In this document: positions 27,192 through 36,627 of the stretch, piece after piece | How positions within the stretch are numbered: position 1 is the stretch's first letter | How the letters are laid out: each line of letters starts with the position of its first letter | Assembly (NCBI GenBank): GCA_041497195.1 | Contig: JBGQGB010000002.1 | Span: forward strand, 44,140-108,139 | Direction: 5' to 3' | Length of the DNA stretch: 64,000 nt | DNA from: Candidatus Doudnabacteria bacterium | Lineage (GTDB): Bacteria > Patescibacteriota > Doudnabacteria > UBA920 > 2-01-FULL-46-14 | Notes under the pieces: model-generated | Databases searched by the model: none | What the model was told of the DNA's origin: nothing | The model's input: the letters and a program-made list of their open reading frames with translations, nothing else | Position numbers and translations under genes: made by a program

Positions 27192-27881
27192 ATGATTTTC
27201 GCAAAAGCGCGGATCCCGGAAGGGCCCAGATTTTTGGCTCGGTTTTTCAAAACCGGCCAAGGCGACTATGGGCATGGGGACGTATTTTTGGGGCTGACAG
27301 TACCGCAGTCGCGCAAAATCGCCGAGCAATACGCGGATTTGTCTTTGGTAGACATCAAAAAGTTGCTGCGTTCAAAAATTCATGAGCAGCGCTTGGTCGC
27401 GTTGCTGATTTTGGTTTCGCAATTTACGAGAGCAGGCGCGTTTCGGCAAACGAGAATATTCCGGTTTTACCTTGCCCATTCCCGGCTCGTCAACAACTGG
27501 GATCTGGCGGATTTGTCCGCGGACAAAATAGTCGGCGCATATCTTTTCCGCCGCGGGAGCCTAGGAATTTTGGAGAAATTTGCTGGCTCTTCCGACCTTT
27601 GGCAGCGGCGCATCGCCATTGTCGCGACGTTTCATTTCATCAAAAACGGGCAGTCCGGCCCGACGCTCCGGATTGCCAAGAAACTTTTGCGTGATCAACA
27701 TGATCTGATTCACAAAGCGGTTGGGTGGATGTTGCGGGAAGTGGGCAAGCGCTGTTCGCAGGCAGAGGAAGAGAGGTTTTTGCGTAAAAATTATCGAAAA
27801 ATGCCCAGGACTATGCTCCGGTATGCTATCGAACGATTTCCCCGTCCTCTGCAGCGTAAGTACCTTGCTGGAAAAATTTGA
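27192..27881 (+). CDS. DNA alkylation repair protein (AlkD/HEAT-repeat family). The N-terminal helix is encoded in frame -1 from 27167, implying a 1-nt indel in the AAAA run near 27203-27206.
   Basis: RFLARFFKTGQGDYGHGDVFLG and the HEAT-like body. The ORF from 27167 (MNKFSSLQHDFRKSA...) matches the AlkD first helix. Confidence 0.65.
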   Translation: MIFAKARIPEGPRFLARFFKTGQGDYGHGDVFLGLTVPQSRKIAEQYADLSLVDIKKLLRSKIHEQRLVALLILVSQFTRAGAFRQTRIFRFYLAHSRLVNNWDLADLSADKIVGAYLFRRGSLGILEKFAGSSDLWQRRIAIVATFHFIKNGQSGPTLRIAKKLLRDQHDLIHKAVGWMLREVGKRCSQAEEERFLRKNYRKMPRTMLRYAIERFPRPLQRKYLAGKI

Positions 27882-27888
27882 TAAAAAA

Positions 27889-27925
27889 ATCGGGACGCTC
27901 CTTTTGTGAGGGGCGTCCCGGGTTT
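27889..27925. terminator. Strong hairpin (CGGGACGC...GCGTCCCG) with an A7 tract on the plus side, acting as a T7 tract on the minus side
   Basis: Seen directly. Confidence 0.5.
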
Positions 27926-28080
27926 CACTTCGCCGCGGCTGTTTCTTCGCCTGTTTGTCTGGGTTCTCGCAACTTTGTGGGATGGTTATGTGGCTTGGGC
28001 TGGCCTTTGTAACGGGGTTTTCTCCTGCGAGGCGGGAGTGGTCGAGGCAATGGCTGCTCCTTTCTGCATTTTTTGAAACA

Positions 28081-28404
28081 TCAGTACTCATAGCCGCACA
28101 AAATCGGTTTGGCCGTGGGGCCTTGAGAAATGATTAAGACGGTATTGTGGGTTGCGCGGCATTCAGGACAGTGCACTGGTTCAGCCAGTGTGAATTGCCG
28201 CATAGCAGCTAATTTGGCCCAGTTTACGAGGCCGAGAGCGGTGCGTTCTTGGAAATAAAAGCGCGGAGTTCTCTCTATGTGTAGGACCGCGGCGATTGTG
28301 CGTGTTGTGTCGCCGTGATGGAAGTGGTAGCAGAGAATCTCCACTTTGTCGCCTGATTGGAACCTTTGCAATTCCGCAACGGAAGTGGGTATGACCGTAG
28401 CCAT
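28081..28404 (-). CDS. Hypothetical protein with Cys/His cluster (CYHFHH...HCPEC...C)
   Basis: 107-aa ORF. Confidence 0.4.
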   Translation of the reverse strand: MATVIPTSVAELQRFQSGDKVEILCYHFHHGDTTRTIAAVLHIERTPRFYFQERTALGLVNWAKLAAMRQFTLAEPVHCPECRATHNTVLIISQGPTAKPILCGYEY

Positions 28405-28532
28405 GGAGAAATCCTCCTTGGACTCTATGATAATGGGTAAATTAGCAAGAAAACCGAGACTTTGTCAAAGTGCTGGAGCGCTTAGCTTAGTTTTTTGGTA
28501 TAATAGAAGAAATATATTTTTTTCCAAGATTT

Positions 28533-28790
28533 ATGCATCCTGGTGAACGGGAGCAATCAGAATTTAATTTTTCCGAAGGGCAGCCGCCAGCTGGCGCTCC
28601 TAAAGAAACCGACTCCAATACTTCTGGGACGGCCAAGGAGGGGGAAAAGGGTCCGCGAATGAAATTCGCGACTGAAGAAGAGCGGATTCATTGCCAGTAC
28701 TGCGAGGATGTGGGGCCTTGCCAATTTTGCAAGCGAGGCAAGGCAGAAGCCGCACGGTTGCGACTGATGCCCAAGAAGAAGCTGAAATAA
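28533..28790 (+). CDS. Small zinc-ribbon-like protein (CQYC-x6-CQFC) with a basic tail. The true start may be the internal Met.
   Basis: Two CxxC pairs. Lies immediately upstream of the exonuclease gene. Confidence 0.4.
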   Translation: MHPGEREQSEFNFSEGQPPAGAPKETDSNTSGTAKEGEKGPRMKFATEEERIHCQYCEDVGPCQFCKRGKAEAARLRLMPKKKLK

Positions 28791-28792
28791 CG

Positions 28793-29380
28793 ATGACGGA
28801 AATTATAAACAAAATCGTTTTGGATTTGGAAACTCAAAAGGATTTTGCTGAGGCGGGCGGGCGGAACAAACACCATTTGTTGCGCGTCTCCGTAGCCGGC
28901 ATTTATTCGTATCCGGACGACCAATATCTGATCTTCGAAGAGAGCGAGGTGCCGAAGCTGGCAGAGTATCTAGAGGCGGCTGATCTAATAATTGGTTTCA
29001 ATAATTTGCAATTCGACCATGAGGTCTTGCAGCCATATTTGAATTTTTCCCTGAAAAAAGTCCCCGTCCTCGATTTGCTCGCCGAAATCGAAAAAGTTTT
29101 GGGCCATCGTATCAGTCTGGAATCAGTGGCCCAGGCGACTTTGGGTGTAGGCAAAACCGGCTCCGGGCTGAATGCGATTCGTCTCTGGAAATCAGGCCAA
29201 ATCGACAAGCTCAAACAGTATTGCCTCGATGACGTGAAACTGACTAGGGAAGTGTATGAGTACGCGGCCAACAACGGAAAGCTGATGTATCAGGATTTTT
29301 TTGACACTCGCGAGATTCCCTTGATTTTTCCCGAGGCTTTCAAGCGCACTAACGTCGTCAGGCAAAGCAGCCTTTTTTAA
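28793..29380 (+). CDS. DEDD-family 3'-5' exonuclease domain protein
   Basis: Exo I motif VLDLETQ, plus further acidic motifs GFNNLQFDHEV and CLDDV. Confidence 0.55.
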   Translation: MTEIINKIVLDLETQKDFAEAGGRNKHHLLRVSVAGIYSYPDDQYLIFEESEVPKLAEYLEAADLIIGFNNLQFDHEVLQPYLNFSLKKVPVLDLLAEIEKVLGHRISLESVAQATLGVGKTGSGLNAIRLWKSGQIDKLKQYCLDDVKLTREVYEYAANNGKLMYQDFFDTREIPLIFPEAFKRTNVVRQSSLF

Positions 29381-29384
29381 AAAC

Positions 29385-30242
29385 ATGCGCATTTTTTTCT
29401 TTGTCATACTTTTTTTGGCGCTATCGATTTTTGCGGTTTTCTATGTCGCCCCGGTGTTTCGCGGCGACATCGCGATACGAGGGGAATATTATATCGGACC
29501 AGTTCGGATCAGTTTGTACGGTATTCTGATGGCTGCCTCCATACTGATCGGGTTTTTTATTAGTTCTCATTTGGCTCCCCGAATCGGGCTGGATAAAGCG
29601 CACGTGGAAAGCCTTCTGCCGTGGCTGGTAATTTTCGGATTTCTGGGAGCGCGCTTGTATTACGTGATTTTTGATTGGGGGCAGTTTAGTCCAGACCTTT
29701 GGGAGCTACTCAAAGTCTGGCACGGCGGCCTCTCCATTTACGGGGGCGTCTTGGGGGGGATTTCGGGAATGATTCTTTATTCAGGGTTTTATAAGGTCGG
29801 GATTTGGCAGATTTTGGATATAGTGGCTGTGGCCGCGCCTTTGGGCCAGGCTATCGGGCGCTGGGGGAATTTTTTCAATCAGGAAGCATTTGGCTTGCCC
29901 ACTCATTTGCCCTGGGGGATGTATGTGGAGCCGCTCTATCGCCCGCTGCAGTATCTGAGTGATAATTTTTTTCACCCAGCGTTTCTGTATGAGTCACTTT
30001 GGGATCTCGCAGTTTTTCTGATTTTGTGGTATGGTTTCAAAACTCGCGGCGGCACCGGAATGGTGGCGGGAAGCTATCTGATTCTCTATTCTTTGGGCAG
30101 GTTTCTGATAGAACCCTTGCGCCTGGACAGCTTCTTCATCAATTCGTTTCGGGTCGACCAGCTGACTGCTCTGGTTATGATGGTCGGCGGCGTTTTTATC
30201 CTTTACTCAAGTTATGAGAGACAGAACGTGGAAAGTCGCTAA
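29385..30242 (+). CDS. lgt: Prolipoprotein diacylglyceryl transferase
   Basis: Lgt signature HPAFLYESLWD and GRWGNFFNQE. Confidence 0.85.
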   Translation: MRIFFFVILFLALSIFAVFYVAPVFRGDIAIRGEYYIGPVRISLYGILMAASILIGFFISSHLAPRIGLDKAHVESLLPWLVIFGFLGARLYYVIFDWGQFSPDLWELLKVWHGGLSIYGGVLGGISGMILYSGFYKVGIWQILDIVAVAAPLGQAIGRWGNFFNQEAFGLPTHLPWGMYVEPLYRPLQYLSDNFFHPAFLYESLWDLAVFLILWYGFKTRGGTGMVAGSYLILYSLGRFLIEPLRLDSFFINSFRVDQLTALVMMVGGVFILYSSYERQNVESR

Positions 30243-30957
30243 TATTCTTTTTGGCCTGCTTGTTTTGGGCATTGGCGTCGGCCCCAACATGAGCCCCGGC
30301 CGTTACGGCTTGTTTGCCTTCGGAGCTATAGCGGTTTTGACCGTCTTGAACGTTTTTCGGTTGCGCAATAGTGGAAAATTGCAAGCCGGTAGCTACCTCG
30401 AGCTCATTCCGCCATTTTTGTTTTTGCTCGGCCTGTTTGGCGCGTTGGCAGCCGTTTCGGCCGCAGTGGTAAAAATTTTTGCAGCCGCAGTCGGGGCAAT
30501 ACTTCTGTATTTTTACGAACTTGGTTATCCGGCCAAGCACCCTGCTTCTTTCCGGGATGTGTTCATTCTGAGCACCGGTTTTCTGGCGCTGCTCTCCATT
30601 TGGTCGGTAAACTATTTTTTCACGCCCACGTGGTGGTCAGTGTTGCTCTCCACGGCAGCGGTTTTTGTTTTGCTATTTTGGGGCGTTTTTTTGCATTTGG
30701 GGAAAGACGCCGCGCGAAGTTTACTCTACGCGCTTTTGATTTCCTTTCTGTTGACGGAAATCACCTGGGTGGTTCTATATTGGCCCGTTCATTTCCTCAC
30801 CGCCGCAGCCACTGTATTTGCCGGTTTTTACCTGCTATACATGATCAGTACCCTGCAATTCAGCGGGCGACTGAGCCGGTCAAGAGTTTATTTTCACCTG
30901 GTCCTGATTTTATTTGTGCTGATATTTAGTCTTTTAACCTCGTCATGGCAACCCTAA
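30214..30957 (+). CDS. Hypothetical polytopic membrane protein
   Basis: At least 7 hydrophobic helices. Confidence 0.45.
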   Translation: MRDRTWKVANILFGLLVLGIGVGPNMSPGRYGLFAFGAIAVLTVLNVFRLRNSGKLQAGSYLELIPPFLFLLGLFGALAAVSAAVVKIFAAAVGAILLYFYELGYPAKHPASFRDVFILSTGFLALLSIWSVNYFFTPTWWSVLLSTAAVFVLLFWGVFLHLGKDAARSLLYALLISFLLTEITWVVLYWPVHFLTAAATVFAGFYLLYMISTLQFSGRLSRSRVYFHLVLILFVLIFSLLTSSWQP

Positions 30958-32018
30958 AGAAAAATTTAGCTTTCAAATTGCTGCTGATTTTGGTGCTGGG
31001 TGGCATCGGCGGAGTTTTGATGGACCGATTGGTTTTGCCCTACCTGAGTGCCGTGCCGGGACTGAGAAATCTTCATTTAGGGAGCCAGGCTACTCCGGTG
31101 ATGATCAATACCAGAGAAGAAGTGCAGATTGACGACGGGATTAATAACGCCGATGTCCTTTCTCGAGTCAAAAGTTCTTTAGTCACGGTTTACGAACATT
31201 CCGCTGCATTTTCCGATCCGAAATTTCGTGTGATTCAATCTGTCGACGGGGTCATCGTCACGAGTGACGGAATCGTAGTTGTCCCCGCTGCCGCGGTTCG
31301 CTCGGACCTCAATCTGACCGTTTTGGTCGTTGGTCTTGCGGCCAAGCCAGCCAAACTCATTGCTACGGATCCGCTCATGGGACTAGCATTTCTCAAGATT
31401 GACGCCCATGATTTATCCGTAATCAAGCAGGGATTTAGCGAAGATTTGCAGATTGGAGAACGGCTTTTGGTACTTGCTCCACGCGAAAGCACTGTAAATG
31501 CTTATTTGCAGAGTACGGTTGTTTCCGGTTTGAGCCTTGCCCTTGCTGGTTTGCAGCGCATTTACGATCTGTCCCGTCCCAATGCGACCCTGCAGACCGG
31601 CCTTGATTCCGCGAGCGTGCCTTTGGGGGCCGTATTTGTGAATCGTGATGGCGCCCTGGTCGGTTTTGCCACGCAAATCGGCAAAGACATAATCGTATTG
31701 AGGTCTGAGGACCTGAAACTATCAGTGAATAATTTTCTGACTGATCAAAAGATTTCTTGGCCAGCGCAAAAAGTGAGCTACGAGATTTTGGGTGAAGACC
31801 AGACCCCGCTCTTAAATCTTTCCCAAAAAAATGGCATACTGGTAAAGTCAGCGGTGCTACCCTTGCGCGAGAACGATTTCGTATACGCGGTGGACGGCAA
31901 TCAGATCAGCCCGCGCCAGGATTTCCAGGACTTGATCCTGCAAAAAAATCCGGGGGACAAAGTCACCTTGAGCATTTTGCGTGCCGGGACAGCTATGCAG
32001 ATCCAGATAACTTTGTGA
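30945..32018 (+). CDS. HtrA/DegP-like S1C domain plus C-terminal PDZ domain. Canonical catalytic His and GNSGGP motifs are not evident (possible pseudo-protease).
   Basis: N-terminal TM, DxAxLKI-like DPLMGLAFLKID, PDZ-like C-terminus. No TNxHV or GNSGG. Confidence 0.45.
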   Translation: MATLKKNLAFKLLLILVLGGIGGVLMDRLVLPYLSAVPGLRNLHLGSQATPVMINTREEVQIDDGINNADVLSRVKSSLVTVYEHSAAFSDPKFRVIQSVDGVIVTSDGIVVVPAAAVRSDLNLTVLVVGLAAKPAKLIATDPLMGLAFLKIDAHDLSVIKQGFSEDLQIGERLLVLAPRESTVNAYLQSTVVSGLSLALAGLQRIYDLSRPNATLQTGLDSASVPLGAVFVNRDGALVGFATQIGKDIIVLRSEDLKLSVNNFLTDQKISWPAQKVSYEILGEDQTPLLNLSQKNGILVKSAVLPLRENDFVYAVDGNQISPRQDFQDLILQKNPGDKVTLSILRAGTAMQIQITL

Positions 32019-32032
32019 ATTAAAGAGCAAGC

Positions 32033-32512
32033 ATGATCGAAGGAGTAAAAATCAAACAGCTCAAAGTGCACCAGGACATTCCGGATTTGGAGCAGCCAGC
32101 GGTAAAGCCCGGCTTTCTCATGGAGGTCGTGCGCAGTGATGAAAATCTACTCAAAAAATTTGGTCAGTCTACTTATACTCTAGCGCATAAAGGAACCATC
32201 AAAGGTTTTCACTGGCACGAGCGGCAGGACGATCTGTGGTTTATGGCCAGTGGTCGAGCCGCAATAGTCTTGCACGATTTGCGCCCCCAATCGCCAACCT
32301 ACAAGCAGACAGAAGTCTTGTACGCGGGAGCAGGGGACTATAAAGTCATCATGATTCCCGTTGGGGTGGCGCACGGTTATAAAGTCCTCTCGGACGAACC
32401 GGTTGCTTTGTTTTATCATACAACCGAGCCGTATGATCCGATGAATATAGACGAACAGCGGATTACTTGGAATGATCCGTCAATTGGTTTTGATTGGGAG
32501 AGCCTCAAGTAA
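32033..32512 (+). CDS. rmlC: dTDP-4-dehydrorhamnose 3,5-epimerase (cupin)
   Basis: IKGFHWHERQ, AHGYKVLSDEPVALFY and RITWNDPSIGFDW are colinear with RmlC motifs. Confidence 0.75.
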   Translation: MIEGVKIKQLKVHQDIPDLEQPAVKPGFLMEVVRSDENLLKKFGQSTYTLAHKGTIKGFHWHERQDDLWFMASGRAAIVLHDLRPQSPTYKQTEVLYAGAGDYKVIMIPVGVAHGYKVLSDEPVALFYHTTEPYDPMNIDEQRITWNDPSIGFDWESLK

Positions 32513-32548
32513 TTTAAAATTTTCAATTTCTAATTTTCAAACCGAAAA

Positions 32549-32968
32549 ATGAAAGAAAATTGCGTATTTTGCAAAATTGTGGCTTGGGAGACGCCGTCTC
32601 AGCGCGTCCACGACGACGATGAGTATATCGCTTTTTTGGACATCAACCCGATCAATTTCGGCCATATTTTGATTATTCCTCGGGAACATTACGCGAACAT
32701 GGACGACGCGCCGGAAGAGACTGTGGCAGCCATGATGAAACTGGCTAAAAAAATCGGACCAGCCGCCGTGAAAGCGATGGGTGCTGATGCCTACAATATC
32801 GGTATCAACAATGGCCGTGCCGCCGGGCAGCTCGTCGACCATGTCCATTTGCACGTCATACCGCGAACCGAAGGAGATGGGCTCCGAGCATGGGCCGGGC
32901 GGAGCCGGTACGCCGAAGGGCAGATGGGAGCGACTGCGAAAAAAATAAAAGCAGAATTAGACAAATGA
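32549..32968 (+). CDS. HIT family hydrolase
   Basis: CVFCKI and the histidine triad DHVHLHVIPR. Confidence 0.8.
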   Translation: MKENCVFCKIVAWETPSQRVHDDDEYIAFLDINPINFGHILIIPREHYANMDDAPEETVAAMMKLAKKIGPAAVKAMGADAYNIGINNGRAAGQLVDHVHLHVIPRTEGDGLRAWAGRSRYAEGQMGATAKKIKAELDK

Positions 32969-33876
32969 AGATTTGGGTGTCAGGCAGCATCGCGCGAGAT
33001 TTGATAATGGATTTTCCGGGGCGGTTTGCCGAGCACATTGATCCGCGGAAGCTTCATATATTGAATTTAAGCTTCGCCGTGAAAGCTTTGCGGGAAAATA
33101 TCGGCGGTACGGCGGCGAACATTGCTTATAATTTGACTTTCTTAGGCGAGCGGCCGGAAATTTTAGGCAGTATCGGGTTTGACCAGCAGGGCCTGCGGGA
33201 CTATTTGCGAACTTACAAAGTTGGCATTCGCGGGTTGAATGTATCCAAACGCTTCCGCACTGCCGCCGCTTATATCATCACTGACCGGGATGACAATCAG
33301 CTGGCCGGTTTTTATGCCGGTGCGATGCTTGAGCCCCTGAAGTGGCTTCCGCCAGCCAGACTCGGCGATTGGGCCATTGTGGCGGCGGAACACACTGCCA
33401 ACATGGTCCGTCTCGCCCGGTTTTATCAAAAGAGAGGAGTAAATTTTATTTTTGATCCCGGGCAGCAAATCACGGCTTTGACCGACCTCCAGCTATCCGC
33501 GGGAATTGCGGGCGGGAAAATTTTGATTGGCAATGACTATGAGATTGGTTTGGCGCAAAAGCGAGTGCGAGTGCGTTGTCCGGTGGTGGTGAGGACTTTC
33601 GGACCCAAAGGTTCGGAGATCGTAGTGGCTGGGAAAAAGAAAATTCGCGTTGGTATCGCCAAGCCCCGCCGCGTCGTTGATCCGACCGGGGCCGGAGACG
33701 CGTACCGGGCGGGCTTTCTAAAAGGGCTCCTAATAGGGTATAATTTAAAAACTTGCGGACAAATTGCGGCAACAGTGGCTTCGTACGCCGTGGAAGAGTA
33801 CGGTACCCAAAATCACAAATTTACCTGGTTGCAAATCAAGCGCAGACACAATTTAAATTTTAAAGACAAAATTTGA
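32965..33876 (+). CDS. PfkB-family carbohydrate/nucleoside kinase
   Basis: GG motif near the N-terminus and the DPTGAGDAYRAGF anion-hole motif. Its ATG overlaps the HIT stop. Confidence 0.75.
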   Translation: MKIWVSGSIARDLIMDFPGRFAEHIDPRKLHILNLSFAVKALRENIGGTAANIAYNLTFLGERPEILGSIGFDQQGLRDYLRTYKVGIRGLNVSKRFRTAAAYIITDRDDNQLAGFYAGAMLEPLKWLPPARLGDWAIVAAEHTANMVRLARFYQKRGVNFIFDPGQQITALTDLQLSAGIAGGKILIGNDYEIGLAQKRVRVRCPVVVRTFGPKGSEIVVAGKKKIRVGIAKPRRVVDPTGAGDAYRAGFLKGLLIGYNLKTCGQIAATVASYAVEEYGTQNHKFTWLQIKRRHNLNFKDKI

Positions 33877-34346
33877 ATAACCCAGAAATCACAAAGGACA
33901 AATATTGTTTGATTTGTGAGAGAATAGACTTGATAAAGAAGGGAGAGAACCCGTATTTTGTTAAAGAACTTCAGAGTGGTTATGTTGTGCTAGGAGATTA
34001 TCAGTATTATAAAGGGTACGCTTTATTTTTGTGTAAAAAACATGTATCTGAGCTTCACATGCTCGAAAAAGATTTTCGTAGTAAATACATTGAAAAGATG
34101 GCTAGTGTTGGTGAGGCCGTGTTTAATGCTTTCAAACCGGCCAAATTAAATTACGAGCTTTTGGGGAATACTGACAGACTTCACATTCATTGGCATTTTT
34201 TTCCCAGATACCAAGACGATCTTGCTCCGCTTCATCCAGTCTGGGAGACACCCAAAAGCATCCGCGAAGCTGAGACTATGCGGCCTAGCCCAGAGCAATT
34301 ATCTAAACTTAAAAAGCAGTTGCTTGATTTTTTTGAGAAAAACTAA
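33873..34346 (+). CDS. HIT-like (Ap4A-hydrolase-like) protein, AT-rich
   Basis: CLICE and HIHWHFFPR (an HxHxH-variant). Confidence 0.55.
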   Translation: MNNPEITKDKYCLICERIDLIKKGENPYFVKELQSGYVVLGDYQYYKGYALFLCKKHVSELHMLEKDFRSKYIEKMASVGEAVFNAFKPAKLNYELLGNTDRLHIHWHFFPRYQDDLAPLHPVWETPKSIREAETMRPSPEQLSKLKKQLLDFFEKN

Positions 34347-35602
34347 TGAATTCCGACGTAAAAAATTTGAAGTTAGCACCGAAAGGTCAGCAGCGCATTG
34401 ACTGGGCAGCACGGGAAATGCCGGTTCTGCGGAAAATCCGCGAAGAATTTGCCAAACGCAAACCCTTGAAAGGTGTCAGACTCGCCGCGTGCCTGCATGT
34501 CACGGCAGAAACCGCCAATCTGATGCTAACCCTCAAAGCCGGCGGCGCGAACGTAGTTTTGTGCGCGTCCAACCCCCTCTCCACCCAAGACGAAGTGGCG
34601 GCTGCATTGGTTGTCAATCAAAAGATCCTGGTGTTTGCCAAGCGGGGCGAGAACCGCAAGCAGTATTATGAGTATTTGAACAAAGCATTGGATTTGAAGC
34701 CGAATATCACCATGGACGACGGCGCGGACTTGGTCAGCCTTTTGCACGGGGCAAGGGAGAAACTGGCGAAAAATATCTGGGGCTCATCCGAAGAAACCAC
34801 GACCGGGGTCATCCGGCTGAAGAGTCTGGCCAAGAGCGGAAAATTGAAATTCCCCGTGATTGCGGTAAATGATTCGAAAACCAAATTTATGTTTGATAAT
34901 CGCTACGGCACCGGCCAGTCTGCCATCGACGGGATTCTTCGCGCGACCAACATTCTCCTGGCTGGCAAAGTTTTTGCAGTGATCGGTTACGGTTGGTGCG
35001 GCCGCGGCATTGCTATGCGGGCGCGGGGAATGGGCGCTGAGGTGGTCATATGCGAGGTGGATCCGGTGCGCGCCCTGGAGGCGCGCATGGACGGGTTCGA
35101 CGTCAGCACGACGCTTCAGGCTGCCGGCCGCGGGGATATTTTCGTGACAGCCACTGGCGATATGAACGCTCTGGATCTCGAAGATTTTGAGCATATGAAA
35201 GACGGGGCAGTGCTGGCCAATGCCGGACATTTTGACCTGGAAATAGACGTGAAAAGCCTTTCGGAAATAGCCAAAGAAAAAATCGAGGTCCGACCGAACC
35301 TGGTCCAATACAAAATTTCTGCGAACAAGTCTTTGTATCTTATCGCCGAGGGTCGGTTGGTCAATCTGGCTGCAGCAGAGGGGCATCCGGCAGCAGTCAT
35401 GGATATGAGTTTTGCGGGGCAGGCGCGCGCGGCCGAGTACATCGCGAAAACTCACCGCAAGCTCAAGAAGCAGGTTTACGCCTTGCCTTCAGAAATTGAT
35501 GAAGACATAGCGCATTTGAAGCTTGAAGCCATGGGGATTGAGATTGACCAGCTGACCGCAGAGCAGAAGAAATATTTGAGTTCTTGGGAAATAGGTACCT
35601 AA
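34346..35602 (+). CDS. ahcY: Adenosylhomocysteinase
   Basis: NAD-binding [17 protein letters not shown] and SahH motifs throughout. Confidence 0.9.
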   Translation: MNSDVKNLKLAPKGQQRIDWAAREMPVLRKIREEFAKRKPLKGVRLAACLHVTAETANLMLTLKAGGANVVLCASNPLSTQDEVAAALVVNQKILVFAKRGENRKQYYEYLNKALDLKPNITMDDGADLVSLLHGAREKLAKNIWGSSEETTTGVIRLKSLAKSGKLKFPVIAVNDSKTKFMFDNRYGTGQSAIDGILRATNILLAGKVFAVIGYGWCGRGIAMRARGMGAEVVICEVDPVRALEARMDGFDVSTTLQAAGRGDIFVTATGDMNALDLEDFEHMKDGAVLANAGHFDLEIDVKSLSEIAKEKIEVRPNLVQYKISANKSLYLIAEGRLVNLAAAEGHPAAVMDMSFAGQARAAEYIAKTHRKLKKQVYALPSEIDEDIAHLKLEAMGIEIDQLTAEQKKYLSSWEIGT

Positions 35603-35606
35603 ATTT

Positions 35607-36089
35607 ATGGCCGAGAGAGTTTTAACGCAGGGATTTGTTGTGGTCGGGGCGATAATTGAGCAAGATGGCAAGGTTTTGTTGGTGCAGGAAAATTCGGGTA
35701 TGGACAAAGGGCATTGGAATCAGCCAGCCGGCTGGTTGGACGTGGGAGAGGACCCGATCAAGGCGGTTGCGAGAGAAGTGATGGAGGAAACCGGGCTGAT
35801 GTTTGAGCCAACTGCTCTAATCGGGATATACTCGTTGGTTCGCAAGGATCGAGAACTCTTGGGACATGGGATTCCCCACGGGACAAAACTGATTTTCAAA
35901 GGCCACCATTCCGGTCAGATCAAAATTGACCCGGAAGAGGTTGCAGATATACGGTGGTTCACTAAGGATGAGATCGAGGCCATGGACTTGGACACTCTTC
36001 GCGACCTGGACATCAAAAAAGAAGTTGCAGACTATTTTGCGGGGAGGGCTTTCCCTCTGGATATCATCCGCCATACGATAAGTGAATGA
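35607..36089 (+). CDS. NUDIX hydrolase
   Basis: Nudix box GWLDVGEDPIKAVAREVMEETGL. Confidence 0.8.
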   Translation: MAERVLTQGFVVVGAIIEQDGKVLLVQENSGMDKGHWNQPAGWLDVGEDPIKAVAREVMEETGLMFEPTALIGIYSLVRKDRELLGHGIPHGTKLIFKGHHSGQIKIDPEEVADIRWFTKDEIEAMDLDTLRDLDIKKEVADYFAGRAFPLDIIRHTISE

Positions 36090-36627
36090 TTTTATGGGCA
36101 ATTGGAAAAAACTTTCGAGTAAATACGTCTACCAAAACCCGTGGATGAAAATCCGTGAGGATAAAGTAGTCAGGCCAGACGGCAAGCCTGGGATTTATGG
36201 AGTGATAGAAAACGTGTCAGGGGTTTGCGTTATTCCTCTGGCAGAAGACCAAAAGGTTTGGATGGTCAAAAGTTATCGCTATATTTTTGATGATGCTTTG
36301 TGGGAACTAGTTGACGGAGATATCGATGAGGGCGAAACTCCCGAACAAGCGGCGCGGCGGGAGCTACTGGAGGAAATGGGTATGGAGGCAGCTGATTGGC
36401 AGCGTTTGGGACAGTTCCGCCCGAGCGATGGCACAATCCATCAGGTGACTCATATTTTTTTGGCGAAAGGCTTATCCAAAATAACCGAGCCGAAAGATGA
36501 ATTTGATATTCTCGAAAGGCAGAGCTTTTCTCTTAAGGAAATCAATGAGATGATCAATCGTGGCGAAACGCAGTGCGGATACGTGATGAATGCTTTGTAT
36601 TTTTACTATTTGCGGGAAAGGCCATGA
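36082..36627 (+). CDS. NUDIX hydrolase (ADP-ribose-pyrophosphatase-like)
   Basis: Nudix box GDIDEGETPEQAARRELLEEMGM. Confidence 0.8.
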   Translation: MNDFMGNWKKLSSKYVYQNPWMKIREDKVVRPDGKPGIYGVIENVSGVCVIPLAEDQKVWMVKSYRYIFDDALWELVDGDIDEGETPEQAARRELLEEMGMEAADWQRLGQFRPSDGTIHQVTHIFLAKGLSKITEPKDEFDILERQSFSLKEINEMINRGETQCGYVMNALYFYYLRERP

